A stretch of 64,000 bases of DNA from assembly GCA_963804645.1 (NCBI GenBank), contig CAWDRG010000004.1, forward strand, positions 64,001-128,000, given 5' to 3'. Source of the DNA: an uncultured Bacillota bacterium. Its GTDB lineage: Bacteria; Sysuimicrobiota; Sysuimicrobiia; Sysuimicrobiales; Segetimicrobiaceae. Below are positions 19,994-29,028 of this stretch, in pieces. The notes under the pieces were generated by a model. That model did no database searches and was not told the origin of the DNA. It was given only the letters and a program-made list of their open reading frames with translations. Made by a program: the position numbers and the translations under genes. How positions within the stretch are numbered: position 1 is the stretch's first letter; every line of letters starts with the position of its first letter.

Positions 19994-21328
19994 TTACGCG
20001 GGTCCCGGTTCCGCCCAGGGTACGACGGGCTCGGTGGAGACAGCCCGGCGTGACGCCAGCGCGGCGGTGATGCCGACAAACGTCCAGAAGACATTCGCGG
20101 GCCCGATGTGCGTCCACCCGAACTGGGCCCACACCAAGTAGGCGAGGAGCCCGCAGCCCAGCCCGGCAGTAAAGCGCACGTCCGCGGCCGGCAGCGCGCG
20201 CGTCCACACGATCCGCGCGACGGACTGCAGGGTCAGCAGCCATACCCAGGCGTACGCGGCCAGCCCGGCGAGGCCCGTGCTGAACGCGATGTGCAACACG
20301 TCGTTGTGGGCGATATCCACGATCACGTCGTCACTGCCCATCACCCGCCGGTACTCGTCGGTGCCGATCCCCGGGAGCCGGCCGGCGAGATTGTTGAAGC
20401 CCCAGCCGAACAGGGGCCGCTCCTCGATCAGGGGGATCACGTGCGTCCAGATGTAGAACTTCTGCCTGAGCGACGTGTCCCCTGTATTGAACGATGACAG
20501 CGCCCGGGTGGCGAGCGGGATCGGCTGGGTCGGCATCATCACCGCCGTGATCGCGGCGAACAGCCCCGCCAGGATCAGGAGCCGGGGGGTGCGGTCGCCG
20601 CCCCACAGCAGCCACGCGAGCACCGGGACGACGAACGCGAAGGGGATCCACGCCGCGCGCGTTTCCGAGGCGAGGAGGGCGGCGTACAGGACGCTCGAGA
20701 CGCCGGCGAGCGCCCACCACCGCGGGCCGCGGGTCCCGACGGCCACCGCGATCGCGACCGGGAGCACCAGGCACAGGTAGCCGCCGAGGAGAATCGGGTT
20801 CGCGAGCGTGCCCCATCCGCGCGGGCCAAACTGCAGGCCGACCCCGCCGATCCACAGCGCGAGCGGCACGAGGTAGTATTGGCCGATCGCGAGGATGCAC
20901 ATCAATGTGCCGGTGGCAAACACCCCGTAGAGCACGATCCGGATCTCGCGCGGCGTGAACCGGGCGACGGCCAGGGCCGTGCCGACATAGGCGGCGTACA
21001 CCGGCAGCCCCTCGCCGCGGATCGAGGTGGGGAAGAAGCTGACTTTGAAGTTGGCCGAGAACACCGTGGCGAGCGTTGCCAGCAGGAGAAACGTCAGCGC
21101 GGGCACGTCGAGCGGCATCGGCTCGATGCGGCCCCCCGCTCGCGCGTAGGCGAAGACGCCGAGGGCTAGACCGACGACGACCAGCGTGGCCGCGGTCGCC
21201 TTGAGGTCGTTGGTCGGGAGCAGGAGGCTGATCGCCGAGAACGCCACGACGCTGCCGACGGCCAGCCAGCGTCCGACGGCCTCCTCGGCCGTGCCCGCCG
21301 CGAACGCGAGCACCCGGCTACTCGACAT
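19994..21328 (-). CDS. O-antigen ligase / O-oligosaccharyltransferase-like (Wzy_C) membrane protein
   Basis: ~12 TM; GTLANPILLGGYL, SETRAAW, ERPLFGWG, AHNDVLHIAFSTGLAG. Confidence 0.8.
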   Translation of the reverse strand: MSSSRVLAFAAGTAEEAVGRWLAVGSVVAFSAISLLLPTNDLKATAATLVVVGLALGVFAYARAGGRIEPMPLDVPALTFLLLATLATVFSANFKVSFFPTSIRGEGLPVYAAYVGTALAVARFTPREIRIVLYGVFATGTLMCILAIGQYYLVPLALWIGGVGLQFGPRGWGTLANPILLGGYLCLVLPVAIAVAVGTRGPRWWALAGVSSVLYAALLASETRAAWIPFAFVVPVLAWLLWGGDRTPRLLILAGLFAAITAVMMPTQPIPLATRALSSFNTGDTSLRQKFYIWTHVIPLIEERPLFGWGFNNLAGRLPGIGTDEYRRVMGSDDVIVDIAHNDVLHIAFSTGLAGLAAYAWVWLLTLQSVARIVWTRALPAADVRFTAGLGCGLLAYLVWAQFGWTHIGPANVFWTFVGITAALASRRAVSTEPVVPWAEPGPA

Positions 21329-23030
21329 CGACGACCCGGGTGACCCGCAGCACCTCTTCCATCGTGGTGACACCGCTGGCGACCTTCAACAGGCCGTCGT
21401 CCCGCATCGTGCGCATCCCGGCCTGCTGGGCCGTCTCCAGGATCTCGGTCGCGGACGCGCGGCGCAGGATGAGCTGCCGGATCGGGTTGTTCACGACGAG
21501 CATCTCGAAGATCCCGGTACGTCCCGCGTACCCGGTGTACCGGCAGTACACGCAGCCGACCGGTTCGTGGATCTTCACCGTCACGTCCGGGCCGAGGGCC
21601 GCGCGGATTTCCGTCTCCGCGGCCTCGACCGTGCTGGCGGCGGCGGGGCGCTTGCAGTGCGGGCAGAGCACGCGGACGAGCCGCTGCGCGATCGAGGACA
21701 CGAGCGAGGACGTGATCAAGAACGGCTCGATGCCCATGTCGAGCAGGCGGGTGGCGACCGACGGCGCGTCGTTGGTGTGGATTGTCGAGAACACCAAGTG
21801 TCCGGTGAGCGAGGCGTGGATCGCGATCTCCGCGGTCTCGACGTCTCGGATCTCGCCGACCATGATGATGTCGGGGTCCTGCCGGACGATGGCGCGCAGG
21901 GCCGTCGCAAACGTCAGGCCGGCCCGCGGATTCACCGCCATCTGGTTGACGCCCGGGATCTGATACTCGACCGGGTCCTCGACCGTGATGATGTTGTCGT
22001 CGAGCGTGTTCAACTGCGCGATGCTGCTGACGAGCGTCGTCGTTTTTCCGCTTCCGGTCGGGCCCGAGACCAGGATGATGCCCCACGGCAGCCGGATCAA
22101 CCGCTCGAAGCGCTCGCGCAGGTCGGGCCCCATACCGATCTGCTCGAGCGACAGAATGGTATCGGCTTTGTCGAGGAGCCGCAGCACCACGCGCTCCCCG
22201 TGCACCGTGGGGATCGAGGACATCCGGACGTCGACGGTCTTGCCGTTCCCCGCCATCTGGAACGAGCCGTCCTGCGGCGCCCGCCGCTCCGCCACGTTCA
22301 TCCGCGCGAGCACCTTGAAGCGTGCGATCAGCGGGACGGAGGCGTTGCGCGGGATCGTCATCACCGTCTGCAGGATGCCGTCGATGCGGTACCGCACGCG
22401 GACCGACGTCTCCATGGGCTCGATGTGGATGTCGCTCGCCCGGTCCCGCATTCCCCGCGACACGATCAGGTCGGCAAGTCGGATGACGGGCGCGTCGGTG
22501 CGCTCGAGCGCCGAGCCGACGTCCTCGTCTTCCTCCGCTTCCGAGATCGCGCCCGGCCGGGCGGCAATCTCTTCGAGCAGGCCCTTGGCGCGGTCGCCCA
22601 TGCCGTACGAGATCTCGATCGCCGACGCGATCTCGGTTTCCGTCGTGACCACCGGCGCGACGATCATCCCGGTCGCGATCGCGACGTCGTCGAGGGCCAC
22701 GACGTCCAGCGGGTCGGACATCGCGAGCATCAGCCGCGTACCCTCGCGGCGGATGGGAAGGACGCTGTACTTGCGGGCGAGCGATTCGGGGAGCAGCGCG
22801 ACGGCCGCCGGATCGATGTCCTGATGGCGGAAATCCATCATCGGCAGCTCGAGCTGGTGGCTGAGGCCGTGGGCGATCTGGTCCTCGCTGACCCCGACCG
22901 CGACCAGGGCACGACCCAGCCGCTCACCGGTGCGCTGCTGTCGTTCGAGCGCCTGGTTGAGCTGCTCCGGGGTGACCAGTCCCATCTCCGACAGGACTTC
23001 CCCGATGCGCTTGCGCTGCTGTCTCACCAT
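21318..23030 (-). CDS. pilB: Type IV pilus assembly ATPase PilB with N-terminal MshEN motif
   Basis: ASDIHIEP, GPTGSGKTTT, TVEDPVEY, RQDPDIIMVGEIRD, TGHLVFSTIH, CPHC/CVYC Zn site; RIGEVLSEMGLVTPEQLNQALERQ. Confidence 0.95.
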   Translation of the reverse strand: MVRQQRKRIGEVLSEMGLVTPEQLNQALERQQRTGERLGRALVAVGVSEDQIAHGLSHQLELPMMDFRHQDIDPAAVALLPESLARKYSVLPIRREGTRLMLAMSDPLDVVALDDVAIATGMIVAPVVTTETEIASAIEISYGMGDRAKGLLEEIAARPGAISEAEEDEDVGSALERTDAPVIRLADLIVSRGMRDRASDIHIEPMETSVRVRYRIDGILQTVMTIPRNASVPLIARFKVLARMNVAERRAPQDGSFQMAGNGKTVDVRMSSIPTVHGERVVLRLLDKADTILSLEQIGMGPDLRERFERLIRLPWGIILVSGPTGSGKTTTLVSSIAQLNTLDDNIITVEDPVEYQIPGVNQMAVNPRAGLTFATALRAIVRQDPDIIMVGEIRDVETAEIAIHASLTGHLVFSTIHTNDAPSVATRLLDMGIEPFLITSSLVSSIAQRLVRVLCPHCKRPAAASTVEAAETEIRAALGPDVTVKIHEPVGCVYCRYTGYAGRTGIFEMLVVNNPIRQLILRRASATEILETAQQAGMRTMRDDGLLKVASGVTTMEEVLRVTRVVDVE

Positions 23031-23093
23031 GCCCGAGTCACCATACCGGTCCTGTCAGAGCCACCCGCCCGCCGTGGATTCGCCGCCGACTGT

Positions 23094-23157
23094 AGGCTAC
23101 GCCTTCTTGGTTTCCGCCGCAATGGGCTGTTCGGCCGGGTGGCGGCCAAATGCCCTA
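23094..23157 (-). promoter_or_regulatory. pilB promoter: conserved double box + -35 TTGCGG, 17 bp, -10 TAGCCT
   Basis: Minus strand TAGGGCATTTGGCCGCCACCCGGCCGAACAGCCCATTGCGG...TAGCCT. Confidence 0.6.
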
Positions 23158-23190
23158 CCCGCGCTCCCCGCGGACACCGGGGCCGCCGCT

Positions 23191-24546
23191 TCATCCGGGC
23201 ATCACGACCATCTTGGGATCCGTGCCGATCGCCCGCCCGTCAAGTTCCGCAGTAATCTGCCGCTCGGGAGTCCCCCCCATCTCGATTATTATACCCCGTG
23301 GCGCCTTTCCGTGGACGTCTACGGCCCGGACGGCGGGCCGGTCGGGCTGCTCCGACTCCGCCACGACCACCCCCACGAGGCCGTCGTCCAGCCGGACCAC
23401 GGTGCCGACGGGAAAGAGGCCCCAGGCCTGCACGAACGCCGCGACGAGCCCCGGATCGTACGTCGTGCCGGCCTCGGCTAGCAGCGCGCGCATCATCGCG
23501 TGCGGGCGGCGCCGGGGCAGGGGCGCGCGTGCGCTCGTTTGCGCGTCATACGCGTCCGCGATCGCGACCGCGCGCGAGAAGGGGTGCTGCGCGAGATAGC
23601 CGCCGCGTTCGTGGGCATGGTGTTCCAACGCGGCGACCGTGGCGGCCCGATCCCACCCGGTCGCGTCGCGGAGGAGGTAGGCCCCGGCGTAGGCGTGCCA
23701 CGGCTCGGCGTGCTCTCCGCCCGCGACGGGGACGCGCTCGGAGGCGGCGAACCCGAGGTCGTGCAGATAGCCGGCGAGCCCGAGCGCCTGCAGCGCGCGG
23801 TCGGTGAGGCCGGCCTGCGCCCCGAGCATGAGACACAGGATCGCGACGTTGACGGCATGGTACGGGCTGTCCTCGCTGTGTTCGCCGGAGGCCACGAGCC
23901 GGGCGACGTCCGCCCGAGACCGCGCGAGGACCTGCACGAGCGCCTCGATGACGAACTGCGCGCGGAGCGGGTCCAGCGTGCCCTCGGTCCGGGCGTCGGC
24001 GGCGGTCTCTGCATACGTTTCCGCCGCCCACCGGTACAAGTCCACCGGGGTCCCGTGCACGACGTCTTCCTGCGACGAGCCCCACATCTTGGGCGGTCCG
24101 AAGACGATCTGCGTGATCCCCGACGCCGCGACGGCGTCGCGGAGCCCGCCTTCCATAATGAGCTCTTCGGGTTCCATCGCGAACAGGGCCGCGGTCCGCG
24201 CGAAGTCGTCGCGGGTCACGCCGCGGAGCAGATCGAGACTGCCCACCCCGTGCGCGACCGCGTGCGCCGTGAACTCGGCGATGAAGAGGGGATCGGCCGT
24301 GAGCGGTTGGCGGTTGGCGAGCACCGTGCCTCCCCAGATGTCGTAGCGGATCGCGCGGCGGTGCTCGAGCGCCGTCGCGGCCACGCCGGCCAGTGAGTCG
24401 AGCGCGGACATCACGGTCGGATGCCCGGGCGGGTAGAGTCGGGTGTTCCGTCCGGCGGAGACAAACAGCTTGAGAATCGACAGCAACTGCCGGTGCGGGA
24501 TCTCGGGCGGGTGGGCCGCCAAGCGTGCGGGGTCGCGTGTTGCCAT
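23191..24546 (-). CDS. HD-GYP-like protein with a degenerate GYP loop
   Basis: YHAVNVAIL, AGYLHDLG, HAYAG, EHHAHERGGY, IADAYDA, FPVGTVVRL; ATG overlaps the stop of the upstream HEAT gene. Confidence 0.8.
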   Translation of the reverse strand: MATRDPARLAAHPPEIPHRQLLSILKLFVSAGRNTRLYPPGHPTVMSALDSLAGVAATALEHRRAIRYDIWGGTVLANRQPLTADPLFIAEFTAHAVAHGVGSLDLLRGVTRDDFARTAALFAMEPEELIMEGGLRDAVAASGITQIVFGPPKMWGSSQEDVVHGTPVDLYRWAAETYAETAADARTEGTLDPLRAQFVIEALVQVLARSRADVARLVASGEHSEDSPYHAVNVAILCLMLGAQAGLTDRALQALGLAGYLHDLGFAASERVPVAGGEHAEPWHAYAGAYLLRDATGWDRAATVAALEHHAHERGGYLAQHPFSRAVAIADAYDAQTSARAPLPRRRPHAMMRALLAEAGTTYDPGLVAAFVQAWGLFPVGTVVRLDDGLVGVVVAESEQPDRPAVRAVDVHGKAPRGIIIEMGGTPERQITAELDGRAIGTDPKMVVMPG

Positions 24547-26423
24547 CACGGCACCGGCGACGCGCCGGTCCGCCGCGCGCGAGTTTGAATTTCGCGGATC
24601 GCCTCTTCGGCGGCGCGGCGGAGCGTGCGCTGCTTCGGGGACATCAGCGGCATCGACGTTCTGACGAACGGTTCGAGGGCCGGCAGCGCCTCGGGCGTGC
24701 CGATCTGGCCCAGCGCCACGATGATCTCGAGGTGGACCGCGAACTCGTGCGGCAGGGGCTCGTGGCCGCTCAGCGCCTCGACGAGGAGGGTCTGGGCCTC
24801 GGGCGTCCCGACGACGCCGAGCTGCGCCGCGACGGCCCGGCGCGTTTCCGGGTCCGCTTCCAGCAGCGTCGCGCTGACCAGCGCCATCGCCTCGGGGGTG
24901 CCCCAGGTGGCGAGGACGCGAACGGCTTCGCGCCGCACGCGCAGGTCCGAGTGCTGCAGGAGGCGTCCGATCTGCCGCAGCGTCCCCGGCTCGTGCATCT
25001 CTTCGAGCACGTCGACGGCGCCGCGGACGAGCCGCCAATCAGGATCGCCGAGCCGCGCAGTGACCGTCGCCAGGTCGGCGCGGCCCATGCGCGCCGCCGT
25101 TCGACAGATCGCTTTGCGCACCGTTGAGCGCTCCTCGGTGGCCAGGGTATCCAGCAGGACCGGCAGCAGATCTTCCCGCAGCGCGTCCCAGAACTCGTCG
25201 ACCGCCGCGGTGGCCGCTTCGCGGTCGCCCGCCGACGCCGGGTCGACGAACCGCATCATGAGTTCGCGCGGCAGGAGCTTTCGAAGGTACGCATGCCCGG
25301 CCGCCGCGTCGTGGTGCTGCAGCGCATCGTGCAACTCGATGAACAGCCGTGCGAGTTGCCCCAAGTCGCGATCCATCGGCAGGTAGGTCATCTCGCGTTC
25401 GATCGCCGTTTTGACCGGCTCCGCCGCCTCCGGCCGGGTCACGCTCAGCACGTTCGACAGAGCGCGCATGCCCTCGAGCCGGATCCCGGCCTCGTCGACA
25501 TCGGTCAGCTCCGAGGTTTCGGGGGGCGCGGGCAGCGCGGTCTCGACCGGCAGCACCTCCGCCGAGTCGTTCGGTGCGGTCGGGACCGCCGCGTCGCCGG
25601 CGCTCTGGAGCGCCGCGGCGAGCGGATCCTCTGCGGCGCGCCGCGCGATCAGCGCCCGCAGCGCATCCGCGTCGGGTCCGACAGACGCCGCGAGCGCCTG
25701 GGCCACGTTCCGGTACAGGCCCGGCCGGTCCTGAGGCAGTGCGTTGACGATCGCGCGCTCGGCGGTGCGCAGCCCCGCGTAGGCGGCTTCGGCGCGATCC
25801 GGCGGCGCAGCCGAGGCGCCGGAAGCGAGCAGGGTGCTGAGCAGGCGCACGGCCTGCTCCGGATCGTGCAGCGGCTGGGGCATGTCTTCGCGCCGCGGCC
25901 CGCGCTCAACGGAGCGATCGAGCGCGACCGGAATGTTCGGCGGCGCCTCAAGGCGGTCGGCGACCGCCCCGGTCTCCTGGAAGCTGATGTGCTCGACCTT
26001 GCGGTCGCGTAGCAGCGGGGCGAAGCCTCCGGCGGCCTGCACGCTGCCGATGGGCATCGTTAAGATGGTGAGGAAATGCTGAATCTCGTCCGCGTCGACC
26101 CCCCGGAGGAACGAGAGGCGCTTGACGCCGCGGGAATCGAGGCTGAACACAAGCGGCGTGACCGTGGCATCTTCGCGGACCTGATCCTCGAAGTCCAGGA
26201 CGAACGACGAGCGCCGGACTTCCAGCACGAGGGGGCCGTACTGCTCGATGTACCTGTCCACCGTCTCGAGGAATCGGTCGACCGGTTCCATCGTGTTGCG
26301 GTGCTGGAAGCTGTAGAGCTGGCTGGCCTTCAGGGCGGTCGCGAGACGCCTGAGCGCCAGCTGCGCCTCCCGGAGCCGGTCGGCACCCTCTGCAGGGCCG
26401 GATGCCTGCACCGTGTAGGCCAT
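24546..26423 (-). CDS. HEAT-repeat protein with an uncharacterised N-terminal domain
   Basis: C-terminal PBS/HEAT repeats (LGDPDWRLVRGAVDVL, HSDLRVRREAVRVL, IIVALGQIGTPEALPAL). Confidence 0.8.
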   Translation of the reverse strand: MAYTVQASGPAEGADRLREAQLALRRLATALKASQLYSFQHRNTMEPVDRFLETVDRYIEQYGPLVLEVRRSSFVLDFEDQVREDATVTPLVFSLDSRGVKRLSFLRGVDADEIQHFLTILTMPIGSVQAAGGFAPLLRDRKVEHISFQETGAVADRLEAPPNIPVALDRSVERGPRREDMPQPLHDPEQAVRLLSTLLASGASAAPPDRAEAAYAGLRTAERAIVNALPQDRPGLYRNVAQALAASVGPDADALRALIARRAAEDPLAAALQSAGDAAVPTAPNDSAEVLPVETALPAPPETSELTDVDEAGIRLEGMRALSNVLSVTRPEAAEPVKTAIEREMTYLPMDRDLGQLARLFIELHDALQHHDAAAGHAYLRKLLPRELMMRFVDPASAGDREAATAAVDEFWDALREDLLPVLLDTLATEERSTVRKAICRTAARMGRADLATVTARLGDPDWRLVRGAVDVLEEMHEPGTLRQIGRLLQHSDLRVRREAVRVLATWGTPEAMALVSATLLEADPETRRAVAAQLGVVGTPEAQTLLVEALSGHEPLPHEFAVHLEIIVALGQIGTPEALPALEPFVRTSMPLMSPKQRTLRRAAEEAIREIQTRARRTGASPVP

Positions 26424-26471
26424 ACCGTTCTCACGCGGCCGGGAGCTGCTGACGTCCGGAGGTGCCGTCCC

Positions 26472-27296
26472 TTACGGGGCGGCCGGACTGGCGTCGCTCG
26501 CGACGAACCGCGCGCTCTCCTCCGAGGAGATCCAGACCCGCGTCATGCCGTAGACGACGTAGCGGAGGTACCCCGAGGTCGAGAGGTAGTCGGTCTCGGC
26601 TGAAAACGGATGCAGGTGGCGAACATCCGGGAGTCCGGTGACGCCGGCCACCCCCGGGATCGTCGTGATGGTGGCATCAGTTGGGCCGACCCGCTGCGGG
26701 ACCGTCCCCGGGAGGGGGGCGGTCGGACCCGCCGTCACGGCCCCGGCCGGCGCCGCGACCGAACTCACGGACGGCGCGGCGGGCACCGACTGCGGCTGCG
26801 GCGCCGCGAGCGGCGCGAAAACCATCACGGCGGCGACCGCGCCGTGTTCGAGCCCGAAGCCGAGCCCAAGCGAGCTGTAGAGCACGCCGGGCATGCCCTC
26901 GACCGCGCCCGCGGTGGAGGTGGTGCCCAGCGCGTGCGTGAGGCTGGCCGCGGGGGTTCCAATGTGGATCCCGTCGATGTCGACTAAGACGCTGTTCGTC
27001 GTGGTCAGGGCCACCACCACGCCGTTGGTGACGTACGCGGTGATGCCGTAGGGGTCGAAGACGTAGGCCAGGGTTCCGTCCGTCCCCGCGAGCCGCACTT
27101 GGGTGACCGGTCCGAGCCGCGAGATCACCGAGTTGATATCAGCGCCGAGTGCGATGCCGCCGACCGATGTCCCTGGCACGACCCCAGTCGGGCTGTCGGC
27201 GTGCACGGCAAACGGCGTCCGGTACGGCAGGGCGCACAGCGCGAGTGCCACGCAGGCGCCGGCCACTAAGATTAAGACGCGCGGCGACCCCATCAT
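26472..27296 (-). CDS. Secreted hypothetical protein with two tandem GIxLG-type repeats and a Pro/Ala linker
   Basis: Signal peptide; GGIALGADINSVISRLG and DGIHIGTPAASLTHALG repeats. Confidence 0.6.
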   Translation of the reverse strand: MMGSPRVLILVAGACVALALCALPYRTPFAVHADSPTGVVPGTSVGGIALGADINSVISRLGPVTQVRLAGTDGTLAYVFDPYGITAYVTNGVVVALTTTNSVLVDIDGIHIGTPAASLTHALGTTSTAGAVEGMPGVLYSSLGLGFGLEHGAVAAVMVFAPLAAPQPQSVPAAPSVSSVAAPAGAVTAGPTAPLPGTVPQRVGPTDATITTIPGVAGVTGLPDVRHLHPFSAETDYLSTSGYLRYVVYGMTRVWISSEESARFVASDASPAAP

Positions 27297-27320
27297 CGGT
27301 TCCCCCCGCTCGGTCTGGGC

Positions 27321-27385
27321 TCGACTGGTGCCGTGTCGTATAGTATGATCGTGGCCATTATATCGCGTCATCCGGTTTCGTGCCA
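27321..27385. promoter_or_regulatory. Divergent sigma70-type promoter region
   Basis: Plus strand TCGACT-17-TATGAT (27321-27349) facing pilD; minus strand TATAAT at 27357-27362. Confidence 0.45.
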
Positions 27386-27476
27386 GTCCAAACGCCTAGG
27401 CATAATGGGGGCGGTCACAAGACAGTATGTCTGGGAGCGAGCGCACGGCCGGTAGGACCCCGGGGGCGTCGGCGGC

Positions 27477-28226
27477 ATGACCGGCGCGACCCTGCTGCTC
27501 TCCTTCATCCTCGGCGCCATGTTCGGCAGCTTCGCAAACGTGCTGATTCACCGGTTGCCCTACGGGGAGTCGATCGTCGCCCCACGGTCTCACTGCCCCG
27601 CCTGCTTCACGACGATCGCCCCCTGGGACAACGTGCCGATCCTGAGCTTTCTGGTGCTGCGCGGACGATGCCGGAGCTGCGGGGCGCCCATTCCGGTCCG
27701 CTATCTCCTGGTCGAGGTCACGATGGGCCTCCTCGCGGTCGCGGTTGTCGCGCACTTCGGCCTGACCCTCGACGCCTTCCGCTTCGGACTCCTGGCGTTC
27801 CTGCTGCTGGTGGTCGTCTGGACCGACATCGAACACGGGATCATCCCGAACGCAGTTACCTATCCGGGAATCGTGTTGGGCCTGGCGTCCAGCGCGCTCG
27901 CCGGTGTGGGGCTGTCGGCGCTCGAGGCGGCCGCGGGCGCGGCGGCCGTGTTTCTCGCGATCTCGATCGTCAGTCGCGGCGGCATGGGCGGCGGTGACGT
28001 GAAACTGGCGGCGATGATGGGGGCGTTTCTCGGCGGCCCGGCGATCATCGTCGCGTTGTTCTTGGCCGTCGCGCTGGGGGCGCTGGTGGGAATCGTGCTG
28101 ATCGTCCTGCGCCTGAGGACGCGGAAGCAGACCATCCCGTTCGGTCCCTCGCTGGCGGTGGGGGCGCTGATCGCTGTCTTTGCGGCTAACGATCTGGTAA
28201 GATGGTATATAACCTGGTTGTGGTGA
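27477..28226 (+). CDS. pilD: Prepilin peptidase/N-methyltransferase
   Basis: GSFANVLIHRLP, SHCPAC, GRCRSC, TDIEHGIIPN, GMGGGDVKL, IPFGPSL. Confidence 0.95.
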   Translation: MTGATLLLSFILGAMFGSFANVLIHRLPYGESIVAPRSHCPACFTTIAPWDNVPILSFLVLRGRCRSCGAPIPVRYLLVEVTMGLLAVAVVAHFGLTLDAFRFGLLAFLLLVVVWTDIEHGIIPNAVTYPGIVLGLASSALAGVGLSALEAAAGAAAVFLAISIVSRGGMGGGDVKLAAMMGAFLGGPAIIVALFLAVALGALVGIVLIVLRLRTRKQTIPFGPSLAVGALIAVFAANDLVRWYITWLW

Positions 28227-28245
28227 CGCCGGAGGTCGGACTGCC

Positions 28246-28974
28246 GTGCTGAATCGGATTCGCGAGTTTTCATATAAGCAACCGGCTGCGACTGCCGTGA
28301 TCGCGTTCCTCCTGATCGGCGTGGCGTTCTTCCGAATTTATCAGACGGCGAACAAGCGAGTGCCGTCCGCGCCGCCTCAGGCCGTCGTGCCCGCCACTCC
28401 GAACCCCAGCACCGCGGCGACCGCCCCTGGCGGTGTGCCCGCCCCGTCGACACCGCCAACGTCAGGCGTGCCGCTGCCGCCCGGGGTCGGCGGGACACCG
28501 ACGTCCCCGTCGGGCGGACTCCCGCTTCCGCCGGGATCGTCCGCGGCGAACGGGGCAGCGCCGGCGGCAAGCGCTGGTGCAGCGGCCGGCCGGCCGGATC
28601 CGTTCGAGGCGCCCGCGGGCTACGTATTCGTTGGGTCGGGGCCGACTCCGAGCAGGCCCGCCGCCGGAGGATCGCGGTCTGGAGCCGGGCTCCCGCCCGT
28701 GCCGCCGCTGCCGCCGGGCCTCGGTGGGGGACCCGGAACGTCCTCGCCCACCGCATCGGCGCCGCCGGCGCCGCTGTACCGTCTGACCGGGGTCCTCGGC
28801 GGACCGCGGGCGGTCGCAATCTTAGTGGATAAAGACGGAAGTCATATCGTGTCCGCCGGAGACGTGCTCGCGCCCGGCGTGCGGGTGCTGGCGATCGACC
28901 CGCTGCACGGCGTGGTGCAGTTGGATCAGTACGGCTCGACGGTCGAGGTGCGTCTGGCCGCGCCCGCAGGTTAA
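28246..28974 (+). CDS. PilP/GspC-like protein (TM anchor, Pro-rich linker, beta-sandwich)
   Basis: GRPDPF motif; YRLTGVLGG..AVAIL...IVSAGDVL..GVRVLAI. Confidence 0.6.
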   Translation: MLNRIREFSYKQPAATAVIAFLLIGVAFFRIYQTANKRVPSAPPQAVVPATPNPSTAATAPGGVPAPSTPPTSGVPLPPGVGGTPTSPSGGLPLPPGSSAANGAAPAASAGAAAGRPDPFEAPAGYVFVGSGPTPSRPAAGGSRSGAGLPPVPPLPPGLGGGPGTSSPTASAPPAPLYRLTGVLGGPRAVAILVDKDGSHIVSAGDVLAPGVRVLAIDPLHGVVQLDQYGSTVEVRLAAPAG

Positions 28975-29028
28975 ATGAGCGGGCGGGCTGGATGACGGCT
29001 TCGCCGCGGGCGTGACTCTCCGCAACGT

